Source: Clostridiales bacterium UBA1742
GTDB taxonomy: Bacteria > Bacillota > Clostridia > TANB77 > CAG-508
Assembly: GCA_002314935.1 (NCBI GenBank)
Contig: DCHW01000030.1
Span: 258 to 64,257, forward strand
Length of the DNA: 64,000 nt
Reading direction: 5' to 3'
Position numbers and translations under genes: made by a program. Shown here piece after piece: positions 8,230-17,560 of the stretch. The notes under the pieces are model-generated. The model did not search any database and was not told where the DNA came from. It saw nothing but the letters and a program-made list of their open reading frames with translations. Within the stretch, counting starts at the first letter, position 1, and each line of letters starts with the position of its first letter.

Positions 8230-9053
8230 TAAAAAATGCAAAAAGTTTGATGGATAAGACAAGAAATTTAGCTCAAAAATGCAATATAACAACAAACGAA
8301 GTATTATAAAATTATATGTTTGAAAGAATATTAGAAAGGTTATCAATTTCAAAGTATAAAAATAATTTTATATTAAAAGGTGGGCTACTATTATCTTCAA
8401 TAATGGGAATTGATATTAGAACAACAATGGATATGGATACATGCATAAAAGGAATAATTTTAACTGATGAAGAACTATATCAAGTATTAAATGAAATATT
8501 AAGCATAGATGTTGGAGATAATGTAAAATTTGAAATGAGAAATTCTAATCCAATAAGAGAAGAAGATGATTACGGTGGATTAAGATATAATATAGTAGCT
8601 GTATTTGATAATATAAGAGTAAATTTAAGTATTGATATTGCAACAGGGGATTTAATTACACCAAGAGAGATTGAATATGATTATAAAATGATGTTTGAAG
8701 ATAGAAATTTAAAAATAATAACATATAACATTGAAACAATTATTGCAGAAAAATATCAAACAGTAATATCAAGAGGTATTTTAAATAGTAGAATGAAAGA
8801 TTATTATGATTTATACTATTTACTGACATATAAAACCTTTTCGAAAGATAAGTTAAAAGAAGCAGTTGTAAATACTTTTAATAAAAGAGTAACTGATCTA
8901 AATAGTACAAATTTAGTACTTAAAGAAATTGAAAAAAGTGAATTTACAAAAGATTTATGGGTAGCTTATGCAAAAAAACATAGTTATACTCAAGATGTAA
9001 AGTTTGAGAATATAATAACTAGTATAAGAAAAATAGAAGAACTGATAAATTGA
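8226..9053 (+). pseudogene. abiEii: AbiEii/AbiGii nucleotidyltransferase toxin interrupted by an in-frame TAA
   Basis: ATG 8226 encodes MIKNAKSLMDKTRNLAQKCNITTNEVL, then TAA (8307-8309). The same frame continues NYMFERILERLSISKYKNNFILKGG.., the AbiEii N-terminal signature. The track ORF 8316..9053 is the downstream part. Confidence 0.75.
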
Positions 9054-9190
9054 TGGAAAATACTTTAAAAATGCAAATGTTTGATGTATAATAAATATGT
9101 AGTATTTCAATTCGACCATTCGCGTGATACTACCTAAGGAATTATAATAAAGAATGTTATAAAATCTTTCTTTATGAATGGCAAAATTTT

Positions 9191-9217
9191 AACCATAGCA
9201 AAATTATGGTTGTTTTT
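9191..9217 (+). terminator. Rho-independent terminator in the abiEii / methyltransferase spacer
   Basis: aaccata-gcaaaat-tatggtt followed by GTTTTT. Confidence 0.5.
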
Positions 9218-9284
9218 GCTTGTTTATGAAGGGAGGTTTTTATTGTTTTATACAACCAAAATTAATTTTTAGGAGAGAATATAA

Positions 9285-10046
9285 ATGAATGAAAAAGAAT
9301 TAAAATATTATAACAAAAGAGGAAATTGGAATTTTTCAGAAATAAAATGCATCATAGAAAAATTAACAAATTGGGATTATTATGAGAAAATAAAAGAAAA
9401 TTCAAATGAAAAATCACTTTGTTTAGATTTAGGAACAGGTGGAGGAGAAAAAGTTTTAAAATATTATCCAAAAGTTGGAATGATAATTGGAACAGATTTT
9501 GCAAAAGAAATGATTGAAACTGCAAGAAGGAATGCTTTAAAATATCCAGACAAAAATGTTAAATTTACTGTAATGGATAGCTTAAACATGACATTTCCAG
9601 CAGAAACTTTTGATTTGATATCTGCAAGACACACAATCATAAATGCAAAACAAATATACAAAACATTATCAAAAAATGGTGTATTAATAATTGAAGGAGT
9701 GGATAAAAAAGATTGTTGGGCAATAAAAGAATTATTTGGTAAAGGTCAAGCCTATAGTGATGAAATAGCTATATCTGAAAAAGATTATAACGACATAAAA
9801 GAAGCAGGATTTTCAAAAATAGAGAAAGTTAAAATATTAGAAAATGAATATTATGAAACAGAAGAAGATTTAATGAAATTATTAATTGAAACTCCAATAT
9901 TGGATAATTTTTCAGAAATAAGAAATGATTTTGAGCATTCTGGCAAAATAGAAAAAGAATTATTTGATGAATATGTAAGAAAGTTTAAAACAGATAAGGG
10001 AATATTATTAAAAAGAGTTTCTTATGGAATTGTGGCAGTAAAATAG
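9285..10046 (+). CDS. Class I SAM-dependent methyltransferase
   Basis: Motif I, CLDLGTGGGEKVL, plus a downstream acidic loop (GTDFAKEM) and FDLISARH. SD AGGAGAG upstream. Confidence 0.75.
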   Translation: MNEKELKYYNKRGNWNFSEIKCIIEKLTNWDYYEKIKENSNEKSLCLDLGTGGGEKVLKYYPKVGMIIGTDFAKEMIETARRNALKYPDKNVKFTVMDSLNMTFPAETFDLISARHTIINAKQIYKTLSKNGVLIIEGVDKKDCWAIKELFGKGQAYSDEIAISEKDYNDIKEAGFSKIEKVKILENEYYETEEDLMKLLIETPILDNFSEIRNDFEHSGKIEKELFDEYVRKFKTDKGILLKRVSYGIVAVK

Positions 10047-10056
10047 CTAAATATAG

Positions 10057-10086
10057 TTGACTTTGAATGGTTAATTATGGTAAAAT
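10057..10086 (+). promoter_or_regulatory. Sigma-A-type promoter candidate
   Basis: TTGACT, 18-nt spacer, TGgTAAAAT (extended -10), about 150 nt upstream of the GNAT gene. Confidence 0.4.
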
Positions 10087-10239
10087 ACTAATAATTTAAG
10101 AGTGTATCTAAGTGTTATATAATATACGAGCGGTACAGGGTAATAAAATTACCTACACTTTTTATAGGAAATAGAAGTCTTATGAAGGAGTCTTAATAAA
10201 GATTTTTTCATGAGGCTTTTTGTTTTAGGAGGGATGTAT

Positions 10240-10791
10240 ATGCAAACACAAAAATTAGAAACGGAAAGACTAATTTTAAGAAAACTTAAGTTAGAAGATG
10301 AAAATGAAATTTTTAATAATTGGACAAGTGATGATGAAGTATCTAAATATGTTAGATGGTCAATACATAAAAGTATTGAAGATACAAGAGAATATTTAAA
10401 AAATGTAATGGAAACATATAAAAAAGAGAAGAATGCTGAATGGGGAATTGTTTTAAAAGAAACAAATGAACTAATTGGAGCTTTGGGATGTTTTTTTAAT
10501 GATGAAGAGAATAGATATGAAATTGGATATAATATTTCAAGGAAACACTGGAGAAATGGATACACAACAGAAGCTTTAAAAAAAGTAATGGAATATTTAA
10601 TAAACGAAGAACATATAAAATCATTTATATGTTCACATGCAAAAGATAATCCTGCATCTGGAGCGGTTATGAGAAAAGCTGGTTTTAAATATGTAAAAGA
10701 TGATACTTATGAAAAATTTGATAAAAGTCAAAAATTTGATTGTAAAGTGTATTATTTAGAGGCAATAAATCTTACAAAACGTTCTAAATAA
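10240..10791 (+). CDS. GNAT-family N-acetyltransferase (RimJ/RimL-like)
   Basis: MQTQKLETERLILRKLKLEDENEIFNNW..., GYNISRKHWRNGYTTEALK, NPASGAVMRKAGFKY. ATG 10240 lies 7 nt after AGGAGG (10227-10232), so the track start at 10210 is probably too early. Confidence 0.75.
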   Translation: MQTQKLETERLILRKLKLEDENEIFNNWTSDDEVSKYVRWSIHKSIEDTREYLKNVMETYKKEKNAEWGIVLKETNELIGALGCFFNDEENRYEIGYNISRKHWRNGYTTEALKKVMEYLINEEHIKSFICSHAKDNPASGAVMRKAGFKYVKDDTYEKFDKSQKFDCKVYYLEAINLTKRSK

Positions 10792-10815
10792 TATAATATC
10801 TGAAGGAGAAAGATT

Positions 10816-10899
10816 ATGAATAATTTAATTAATTTTAAATTAAATAATTGGTGGAATGTATGGAAAAATAATCACCCATACAAATTTGTCGTGCTTTAA
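10816..10899 (+). CDS. Trp-codon-rich leader peptide (27 aa) of a trpB attenuator
   Basis: SD GAAGGAG is 6 nt upstream. The peptide is MNNLINFKLNNWWNVWKNNHPYKFVVL*, with TGG at 10849, 10852 and 10861. Its 3' end is part of an antiterminator. Confidence 0.6.
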   Translation: MNNLINFKLNNWWNVWKNNHPYKFVVL

Positions 10900-10967
10900 A
10901 ATATAGGATAAAGTAATATTTAAGCACATGTATGGAGTGATTTAAAAATCCATATATGTGCTTTTTT
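10876..10967 (+). promoter_or_regulatory. Transcription attenuator with alternative antiterminator and terminator
   Basis: Terminator: 10922-10936 aagcacatgtatgga pairs with 10949-10963 tccatatatgtgctt (15 bp), followed by a T-run. Antiterminator: 10876-10882 ccataca pairs with 10929-10935 tgtatgg, and 10891-10900 gtgctt(t)aaa pairs with 10919-10927 tttaagcac. The antiterminator sequesters the terminator 5' arm. Confidence 0.6.
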
Positions 10968-11053
10968 GTATGCTTTAAAGGAGGTGGTGCATATGGAATC
11001 TGACTGGCACTGGTTAAATATAAAGAATTATTTTAAGAAAGAAGGAATTAATT

Positions 11054-12208
11054 ATGAATTATGGAGAATTTGGTGGACAATATGTACCACAAGAATTAAA
11101 AGAAAAATTAAATGAAATTGAAGAAGAATTTTTAAAAGCAAAAGATGATGAAAATTTTAAAAGAGAGTATATGTATTATTTAAAGCAATATGTTGGAAGA
11201 CCAACACCACTCTATTATGCAGAAAACTTAACTAAATATGTAAATGGGGCAAAAATATATTTAAAAAGAGAAGATTTAAATCACACAGGGGCACATAAGA
11301 TAAATAATGCAATAGGTCAAATATTACTTGCAAAAAGAATGAATAAAACTCATATAATAGCAGAAACAGGAGCTGGACAACATGGAGTAGCTACAGCAAC
11401 TGTTTGTAGTTTATTTAATATTAAATGTACAATTTTTATGGGAAAAGAAGATATAAAAAGGCAAAAAGTAAATGTAGAAAAAATGAAATTATTAGGAGCT
11501 AATATTGTAGAAGTAAGTGAAGGAGAAGGAACATTAAAAGAAGCGGTTGATGTTGCTTTTAGATATTTGTTAGAAAATCCAGATGTATTTTATTTAATTG
11601 GTTCATGTGTTGGACCTAGTCCATATCCAGAAATGGTAAAATATTTTCAAAAAATTATCGGAGAAGAGGCTAAAAAACAAATATTAGAACAAGAAAATAA
11701 ATTACCTAAAGCAATTATTGCATGTGTTGGAGGAGGTAGCAATAGTATAGGATTATTTACGGATTTTATTAATAATAAAGAGGTAGATATATTTGGAGTA
11801 GAAGGTGCTGGATTAGGAGTTGAAACAGGAAAACATGCTTCTGCGATTTATAATAATAAAATAGGTATACTACATGGAATGAAAACGTATATAATGCAAG
11901 ATAATGATGGAAAAATTCAAGATGCATATTCAATATCGGCAGGATTAGATTATCCAGGAATTGGACCAGAACATGTTTATTTAAGTAAAATTGGAAGAGT
12001 AAAGTATGATAGTATAACAGATGAAGAAGCAATAGAGGCTTTTAAAATATTAACTAAATTAGAAGGAATAATACCAGCTTTAGAAAGTAGCCACGCAATT
12101 GCCTATGCAATAAAAATTGCTAAAAAATATAATAAGACTGATAGTATAATAGTTAATTTATCAGGAAAAGGAGATAAAGATATAGATACAATAACCAATA
12201 TGATATAG
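11054..12208 (+). CDS. trpB: Tryptophan synthase beta chain
   Basis: [26 protein letters not shown] (PLP lysine) and GGGSNSIG. No trpA or other trp genes are adjacent. Confidence 0.9.
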   Translation: MNYGEFGGQYVPQELKEKLNEIEEEFLKAKDDENFKREYMYYLKQYVGRPTPLYYAENLTKYVNGAKIYLKREDLNHTGAHKINNAIGQILLAKRMNKTHIIAETGAGQHGVATATVCSLFNIKCTIFMGKEDIKRQKVNVEKMKLLGANIVEVSEGEGTLKEAVDVAFRYLLENPDVFYLIGSCVGPSPYPEMVKYFQKIIGEEAKKQILEQENKLPKAIIACVGGGSNSIGLFTDFINNKEVDIFGVEGAGLGVETGKHASAIYNNKIGILHGMKTYIMQDNDGKIQDAYSISAGLDYPGIGPEHVYLSKIGRVKYDSITDEEAIEAFKILTKLEGIIPALESSHAIAYAIKIAKKYNKTDSIIVNLSGKGDKDIDTITNMI

Positions 12209-12216
12209 AAAAAAAG

Positions 12217-12240
12217 GAACACTCTTTATAAAGAGTGTTC
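12217..12240. terminator. Bidirectional terminator hairpin between convergent genes
   Basis: Perfect palindrome gaacactcttta/taaagagtgttc flanked by an A-run and T/C. It overlaps the last codons of the minus-strand gene. Confidence 0.55.
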
Positions 12241-13350
12241 TTCTGATTCTATAATTTGATTCCAAAAATGTTCTTGTTCTCCAGATATTTGAGCTAATTT
12301 GTTTATTCCCTCCTTATTTAGTTGTATATCAAATACACTAAGTGCACCATAGAAATCGTTATTTTTTACTAATTCAATATATTGTTTTATTTTTTTTACT
12401 CCATTTTCTTTATCATTTAAATATTGTTTTATAATTGTTGGATATATTAATCCTGCTATTGCATATCTTTTTTCAATTTGCATTCCTTCACCATTATTAT
12501 TTATAATGTTATCTAAAATTGCTTTTATATACTCAGGGTTAAAGTAATTATTAAGAATAGTATTTTTAATCCATTCTCTTGAAATTATATCCTCTTTTTC
12601 TTTTTGTTTTGCTAATAATAACATTGCATATACTTGTTCTGTATGGATATATAAGTTTTTAGTTCTATAGCATATATGTTCTTTAATTGCACTTCTAGAA
12701 TATGTTGTGTTTTTTAATAAATAATCAGTTAACATTCCTTCAAATAGAATAGTTATACTTTCTGATAATAAATCTACTGCATCAATTTTATCTTCTTCAA
12801 AATTTCCTTTTTCAATTAAGTCATTTTTTGTTGGAGCTGTATAAGTGTCTGGACGATCAAATAAATGAACAATTTCATGAACTAATGTATACAGTTCATC
12901 TATGGTAAGATGCTTATCGTCATTCACAGGAATATGTACTATAGAAAATCCTTTGCGGGAAGATACACTTCCACCGATATCATATTCTTTTATACCATTT
13001 TCATCTTGTAGATCATAATTTTTTATTTTTTTTCTATTATATATATTCATTTTTATTTTATTACTTTGCTGTAAAACAGTTTGGATTGCTTTATTATAAT
13101 ATTCTTCATCTATTGATTTGAAAAAATTCAACATAGTTTTTATAGCTTCTTCTTTACTTAAATATGTTTCTACAGCTTTGGGGCGACTTTTAATTGGTTT
13201 TCTATTAATAAGCATATTTTTTAAAGCGAATGTTAATAAATCATAATCAAGGTTAACAGCTTCTTTATCTTCTATTACATTATCTATTGAATCATTAAGT
13301 TTATTTATTGAATCATCATTTAAAATGTCTCCATTGTAAAATACAAGCAT
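12226..13350 (-). CDS. Hypothetical protein with an HExxH zinc-metallopeptidase motif
   Basis: LYTLVHEIVHLFDRPD is the only recognisable motif. No signal peptide. Confidence 0.5.
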   Translation of the reverse strand: MLVFYNGDILNDDSINKLNDSIDNVIEDKEAVNLDYDLLTFALKNMLINRKPIKSRPKAVETYLSKEEAIKTMLNFFKSIDEEYYNKAIQTVLQQSNKIKMNIYNRKKIKNYDLQDENGIKEYDIGGSVSSRKGFSIVHIPVNDDKHLTIDELYTLVHEIVHLFDRPDTYTAPTKNDLIEKGNFEEDKIDAVDLLSESITILFEGMLTDYLLKNTTYSRSAIKEHICYRTKNLYIHTEQVYAMLLLAKQKEKEDIISREWIKNTILNNYFNPEYIKAILDNIINNNGEGMQIEKRYAIAGLIYPTIIKQYLNDKENGVKKIKQYIELVKNNDFYGALSVFDIQLNKEGINKLAQISGEQEHFWNQIIESEEHSL

Positions 13351-13602
13351 TATTTCCTCCTAATATATTTTTTAATGTTTATATTTTCTATTTAATACCA
13401 TATAGATTATAACACAGATTTACATAAAACGCAAAATTAAAAATAGATAGTAAAGATATAGAGTGTTTGTTTTTAAAATAAAAAGTGATATAATTTTATT
13501 GTATTTTTGTTATAATAAAATTAAGATAAAATACTTGTATAAATATTTTAGTTATGATAAATTTAATTCAATGAAGGACAAGGTTTATGAAGGGAGAAAC
13601 AA

Positions 13603-16212
13603 ATGAGTAAAGAGTATGAAATTGTCAATAGTATTGAAACATTAGAGAATACTTTTGAAAAAATGAGAAAAGCACAAAAGGAATTTGCAAAGTTTTCGCA
13701 AGAAAAAGTGGATAAAATTTTTACTGCGGCAGCTATTGCTGCTAATCAGGCTAGAATACCTCTTGCTAAAAAAGCTGTTGAAGAAACGGGAATGGGGGTT
13801 GTAGAAGATAAAGTTATTAAAAACCATTTTGCAAGTGAGTATATTTATAATAAATATAGATACACAAAAACATGTGGAATAATAGAAGAGGATGCTATAT
13901 ATGGAATTAAAAAAATTGCTGAACCAATTGGAATAATTGCTGCAGTTATACCAACAACAAATCCAACATCAACTGCAATTTTTAAAACATTATTAGCATT
14001 AAAAACAAGAAATGGAATTATTATAAGTCCTCATCCTAGAGCAAAAGATTCAACAATTGCTGCAGCTAAGGTCGTATTAGAGGCTGCAATAGAAGCGGGA
14101 GCACCCGAAAATATAATTTCTTGGATAGATGTACCATCATTAGAATTAACAAATTTATTAATGCAATCAGCAGATATAATACTTGCTACAGGTGGACCTG
14201 GAATGGTTAAATCTGCGTATTCAAGTGGAAAACCAGCTATTGGAGTTGGAGCTGGAAATACACCTGCAGTTATAGATGAAAGTGCAAATATAGTACTTGC
14301 TGTTAATTCAATTATTCATTCTAAAACGTTTGATAATGGAATGATATGTGCATCAGAGCAATCTGTAATTATTTTAGATAAAATTTATGAACAAGCTAAA
14401 AATGAGTTTAAAAATAGAGGATGTTATTTTTTAAATCAAGAGGAAATAGAAAAAGTAAGAAAAACCATTATAATAAATGGTGCATTAAATGCAAAAATAG
14501 TGGGACAAAGTGCATATAGAATTGCAGAATTAGCAGGAATTAATGTTCCAGAAAATACAAAAATATTAATTGGTGAAGTAGAAAGTGTAGAATTATCTGA
14601 AGAATTTGCACATGAAAAGTTATCACCAGTTTTAGCAATGTATAAAGCACATAATTTTGAAGATGCAATGGAAAAAGCATATAGATTAATTTTAGATGGA
14701 GGAATTGGACATACTTCTTCATTATATGTGGATACTATTAGAGAAAAAGAAAAAATAGAAAAATTTTACACAAAAATGAAGACTTGTAGGGTTTTAATAA
14801 ATACACCTTCTTCACATGGAGGAATTGGTGATATTTACAATTTTAAATTAACACCTTCGTTAACTCTTGGATGTGGGTCTTGGGGTGGAAATTCGGTTTC
14901 TGAAAATGTTGGAGTTAAGCAATTATTAAATATAAAAACTGTAGCTGAAAGGAGAGAAAATATGCTTTGGTTTAGAGCACCAGAAAAGGTATATATAAAA
15001 AGAGGCTGTTTACCAGTTGCTTTAGAAGAATTAAAAAATGTAATGGATAAAAAGAGAGTATTTATTGTAACAGATACTTTTCTTTATGAAAATGGTTATA
15101 CAAAATGTATTACAGATAAATTAGATGAAATGGGAATACTTCATGCAACATTTTTTAATGTTGAACCAGATCCAACACTTGCGTGTGCAAAAGAAGGAAC
15201 TAAAATGATGGTTGATTTTAAACCAGATTGTATTATTGCAGTTGGTGGTGGATCAGCAATGGATGCAGCAAAAATTATGTGGGTAATGTATGAACACCCA
15301 GAAATAGATTTTATGGATATGGCAATGAGATTTATGGATATAAGAAAAAGAATTTATACATTTCCAAAAATGGGAGAAAAAGCTTATTTTATAGCAGTAC
15401 CTACATCAGCAGGAACAGGTTCTGAAGTTACTCCTTTTGCAGTTATAACAGATGAAAAAACAGGAACTAAGTATCCATTAGCAGATTATGAATTAATGCC
15501 TAAAATGGCAATTGTAGATGTTAATATGATGATGAATGCTCCAAAAGGATTAACTGCAGCTTCTGGTATTGATGCAGTTACACATGCTTTGGAAGCTTAT
15601 GCTTCTATGATGGCAACAGAGTATACAGATGGATTGGCAATAGAGGCTTTAAAAAATATTTTTGAATATTTACCAAGAGCATACAATAATGGAGCAAATG
15701 ATCCTGAGGCAAGAGAAAAAATGGCTAATGCTGCAACTATGGCAGGAATGGCTTTTGCAAATGCATTTTTAGGAGTTTGTCATTCAATGGCTCATAAATT
15801 AGGTGCTTTTCATCATATACCACATGGAATTGCAAATGCATTATTAATTGATGAAGTTATGAGATTTAATTCAGAAGAAGTTCCTGCAAAAATGGGAACA
15901 TTCTCACAATATGATCATCCACATACTTTAAGAAGATATGCAGAAATTGCAGAAAGCTTAAATTTAGGTGGAAATACAGATCAAGAGAAATTAGAAAGTT
16001 TAATTAATAAAATTGATGAACTTAAAGAGCAAATAGAAATTAAAAAATCAATAAAAGAATATGGAATAGATGAAAAAGTATTTTTAGATGGACTAGATTT
16101 AATGACAGAGCAGGCTTTTGATGATCAATGTACAAGTGCAAATCCAAGATATCCATTAATGAATGAAATTAAGCAAATGTATATAAATGCATATTATGGG
16201 AGGGAAAATTAA
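13603..16212 (+). CDS. adhE: Bifunctional acetaldehyde-CoA / alcohol dehydrogenase
   Basis: 869 aa. The N-terminal ALDH half contains the catalytic-Cys motif NGMICASEQS. The C-terminal iron-ADH half contains GGGSAMDAAK and HSMAHKLG..HIPHG. Confidence 0.95.
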   Translation: MSKEYEIVNSIETLENTFEKMRKAQKEFAKFSQEKVDKIFTAAAIAANQARIPLAKKAVEETGMGVVEDKVIKNHFASEYIYNKYRYTKTCGIIEEDAIYGIKKIAEPIGIIAAVIPTTNPTSTAIFKTLLALKTRNGIIISPHPRAKDSTIAAAKVVLEAAIEAGAPENIISWIDVPSLELTNLLMQSADIILATGGPGMVKSAYSSGKPAIGVGAGNTPAVIDESANIVLAVNSIIHSKTFDNGMICASEQSVIILDKIYEQAKNEFKNRGCYFLNQEEIEKVRKTIIINGALNAKIVGQSAYRIAELAGINVPENTKILIGEVESVELSEEFAHEKLSPVLAMYKAHNFEDAMEKAYRLILDGGIGHTSSLYVDTIREKEKIEKFYTKMKTCRVLINTPSSHGGIGDIYNFKLTPSLTLGCGSWGGNSVSENVGVKQLLNIKTVAERRENMLWFRAPEKVYIKRGCLPVALEELKNVMDKKRVFIVTDTFLYENGYTKCITDKLDEMGILHATFFNVEPDPTLACAKEGTKMMVDFKPDCIIAVGGGSAMDAAKIMWVMYEHPEIDFMDMAMRFMDIRKRIYTFPKMGEKAYFIAVPTSAGTGSEVTPFAVITDEKTGTKYPLADYELMPKMAIVDVNMMMNAPKGLTAASGIDAVTHALEAYASMMATEYTDGLAIEALKNIFEYLPRAYNNGANDPEAREKMANAATMAGMAFANAFLGVCHSMAHKLGAFHHIPHGIANALLIDEVMRFNSEEVPAKMGTFSQYDHPHTLRRYAEIAESLNLGGNTDQEKLESLINKIDELKEQIEIKKSIKEYGIDEKVFLDGLDLMTEQAFDDQCTSANPRYPLMNEIKQMYINAYYGREN

Positions 16213-16970
16213 TGTATCACAATCTTAATAATGAAATTGCTGTTAGACCCAATAAAACGGTTTATAAAGATGAAAATAAAATAATAAAATTATTTGTTGA
16301 AAATTATACAAAAGCAAATGTTCTTAATGAGGCATTAAATCAATCTAGAGTAGAAGAAGATACAGATTTAAATATTCCTAAACTTATGGAAGTATCTAAA
16401 ATAGACAACAGATGGGCAATTGTTACTGAGTATATTGAAGGCAAAACGTTAGAGGAGTTACTTAAAGAAAATCCAGAAAAACAAGATGAATATATTGATT
16501 TATTTGTAAATATTCAATTAAATGTTTTATCAAAAACGGTACCATTATTAACTACTCTTAAAGATAAATATAAAAGAAAATTAAAAGAAGCTAGTATTAA
16601 TGAAAATATAAAATATGAATTATTGCAAAGATTAGATGGAATGAAAAATCATACAAAATTATGTCATGGTGATTTTAATTTAAGTAATATATTAATAAAT
16701 GATAAAGGTGAATGCTTTATAATAGATTGGGCTCATGCAGCTCAAGGTAATGCTTCTGCAGATGCTGCAAAGACTTTCTTAAATTTGTCTATACAGGGAA
16801 AAGAAGAATTGGCTCAAAAATATTTAAATGTTTTTTCAGAAAAAAGTAATATTGGAAAGCATAATATTCAAAGATGGATTCCAATAGTTGCAGCTATTCA
16901 AATGAAAAATGCAAGCGAAACAGAAAAAGAATTGTTAAGTATTTGGACTGATATAGTAGATTACCAATAA
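16212..16970 (+). CDS. Phosphotransferase-family protein (APH / choline-kinase fold)
   Basis: Brenner-type motif LCHGDFNLSNILINDKGECFIIDW. TAATG overlap with the adhE stop. Confidence 0.7.
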   Translation: MYHNLNNEIAVRPNKTVYKDENKIIKLFVENYTKANVLNEALNQSRVEEDTDLNIPKLMEVSKIDNRWAIVTEYIEGKTLEELLKENPEKQDEYIDLFVNIQLNVLSKTVPLLTTLKDKYKRKLKEASINENIKYELLQRLDGMKNHTKLCHGDFNLSNILINDKGECFIIDWAHAAQGNASADAAKTFLNLSIQGKEELAQKYLNVFSEKSNIGKHNIQRWIPIVAAIQMKNASETEKELLSIWTDIVDYQ

Positions 16971-16971
16971 T

Positions 16972-17001
16972 AAAAAGTTGACTTTTACAAGTCAACTTTT
17001 T
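16972..17001. terminator. Bidirectional terminator
   Basis: aaaaagttgact-tttaca-agtcaacttttt lies between convergent genes. Confidence 0.7.
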
Positions 17002-17004
17002 ATT

Positions 17005-17472
17005 TTATTTATTTAAGTAAAATACACTAAAGCTTAAAATACCAGCAAATATAAGCCAAATAAGATAAGGAATTTGTAAATAAGCAGCAGTTTTATTAGT
17101 TTTAGCAAAAAGATAAAACATATATGAAACTAATATAATTAATGCAATTACCCATAGAAATCCTAGAAAGAATAGTCGAAGTTTGAAAAAAATAAGTGAC
17201 CATAAACTGTTTAGTATAAGTTGGATAAAATAAATTATAATAGAAGTTTTTTTATATTCAGTGTCTTTGCTAGTAATAATTAGATAATAAGAAATCCCCA
17301 TAAGTATATATAAAATTGCCCAAACTATTGGAAATAATATTCCTGGTGGGGCAAAGGGAGGTTTGTTAATAGAATTATAAATTTCTGTATTGTTTCCACT
17401 TAACCAAAATCCAATGCCTCCAGCAGCAAGAGGTATTGCTAAACTTAATAATAATTTTTTTAAATTAATCAT
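17005..17472 (-). CDS. tspO: TspO/MBR-family tryptophan-rich sensory protein
   Basis: Five TM segments with KPPFAPPGILFPIVWAILYILMG and NSLWSLIFF. Start taken at MINLKK (17472); the longer track start overlaps an upstream hairpin. Confidence 0.8.
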   Translation of the reverse strand: MINLKKLLLSLAIPLAAGGIGFWLSGNNTEIYNSINKPPFAPPGILFPIVWAILYILMGISYYLIITSKDTEYKKTSIIIYFIQLILNSLWSLIFFKLRLFFLGFLWVIALIILVSYMFYLFAKTNKTAAYLQIPYLIWLIFAGILSFSVFYLNK

Positions 17473-17496
17473 AACATCACCAAAAATAGTATATGT

Positions 17497-17534
17497 AAAA
17501 AATAGCATTATATTCTAAATATAATGCTATTTTT
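17497..17534. terminator. Hairpin terminator downstream of the 17561..18091 gene
   Basis: aatagcattata / tataatgctatt (12 bp) flanked by an A-run and a T-run. Confidence 0.5.
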
Positions 17535-17560
17535 AGTATTTAATAAAACAGGTAATTATT

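Noticed and set aside
10100-10236. Riboswitch in the GNAT leader
   Set aside because: Two modest hairpins are present (gggtaat/attacc and cttatgaa/ttcatgag, the latter followed by a T-run), but there is no resemblance to any class I can recall. The evidence is insufficient.
10800-11053. T-box riboswitch upstream of trpB
   Set aside because: aattggtggaat superficially resembles the T-box core. However, the leader is too short (about 170 nt to the terminator), it lacks a recognisable Stem I, specifier loop or AGAGA/GNUGGNA elements, and the TGG codons sit inside a translatable ORF with an SD. A leader-peptide attenuator fits better.
13351-13602. Rex or cre operator upstream of adhE
   Set aside because: I looked for TTGTGAA-N6-TTCACAA-type palindromes. 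Only A/T-rich partial matches were present (ttgttataataaaattaag), which cannot be distinguished from background.
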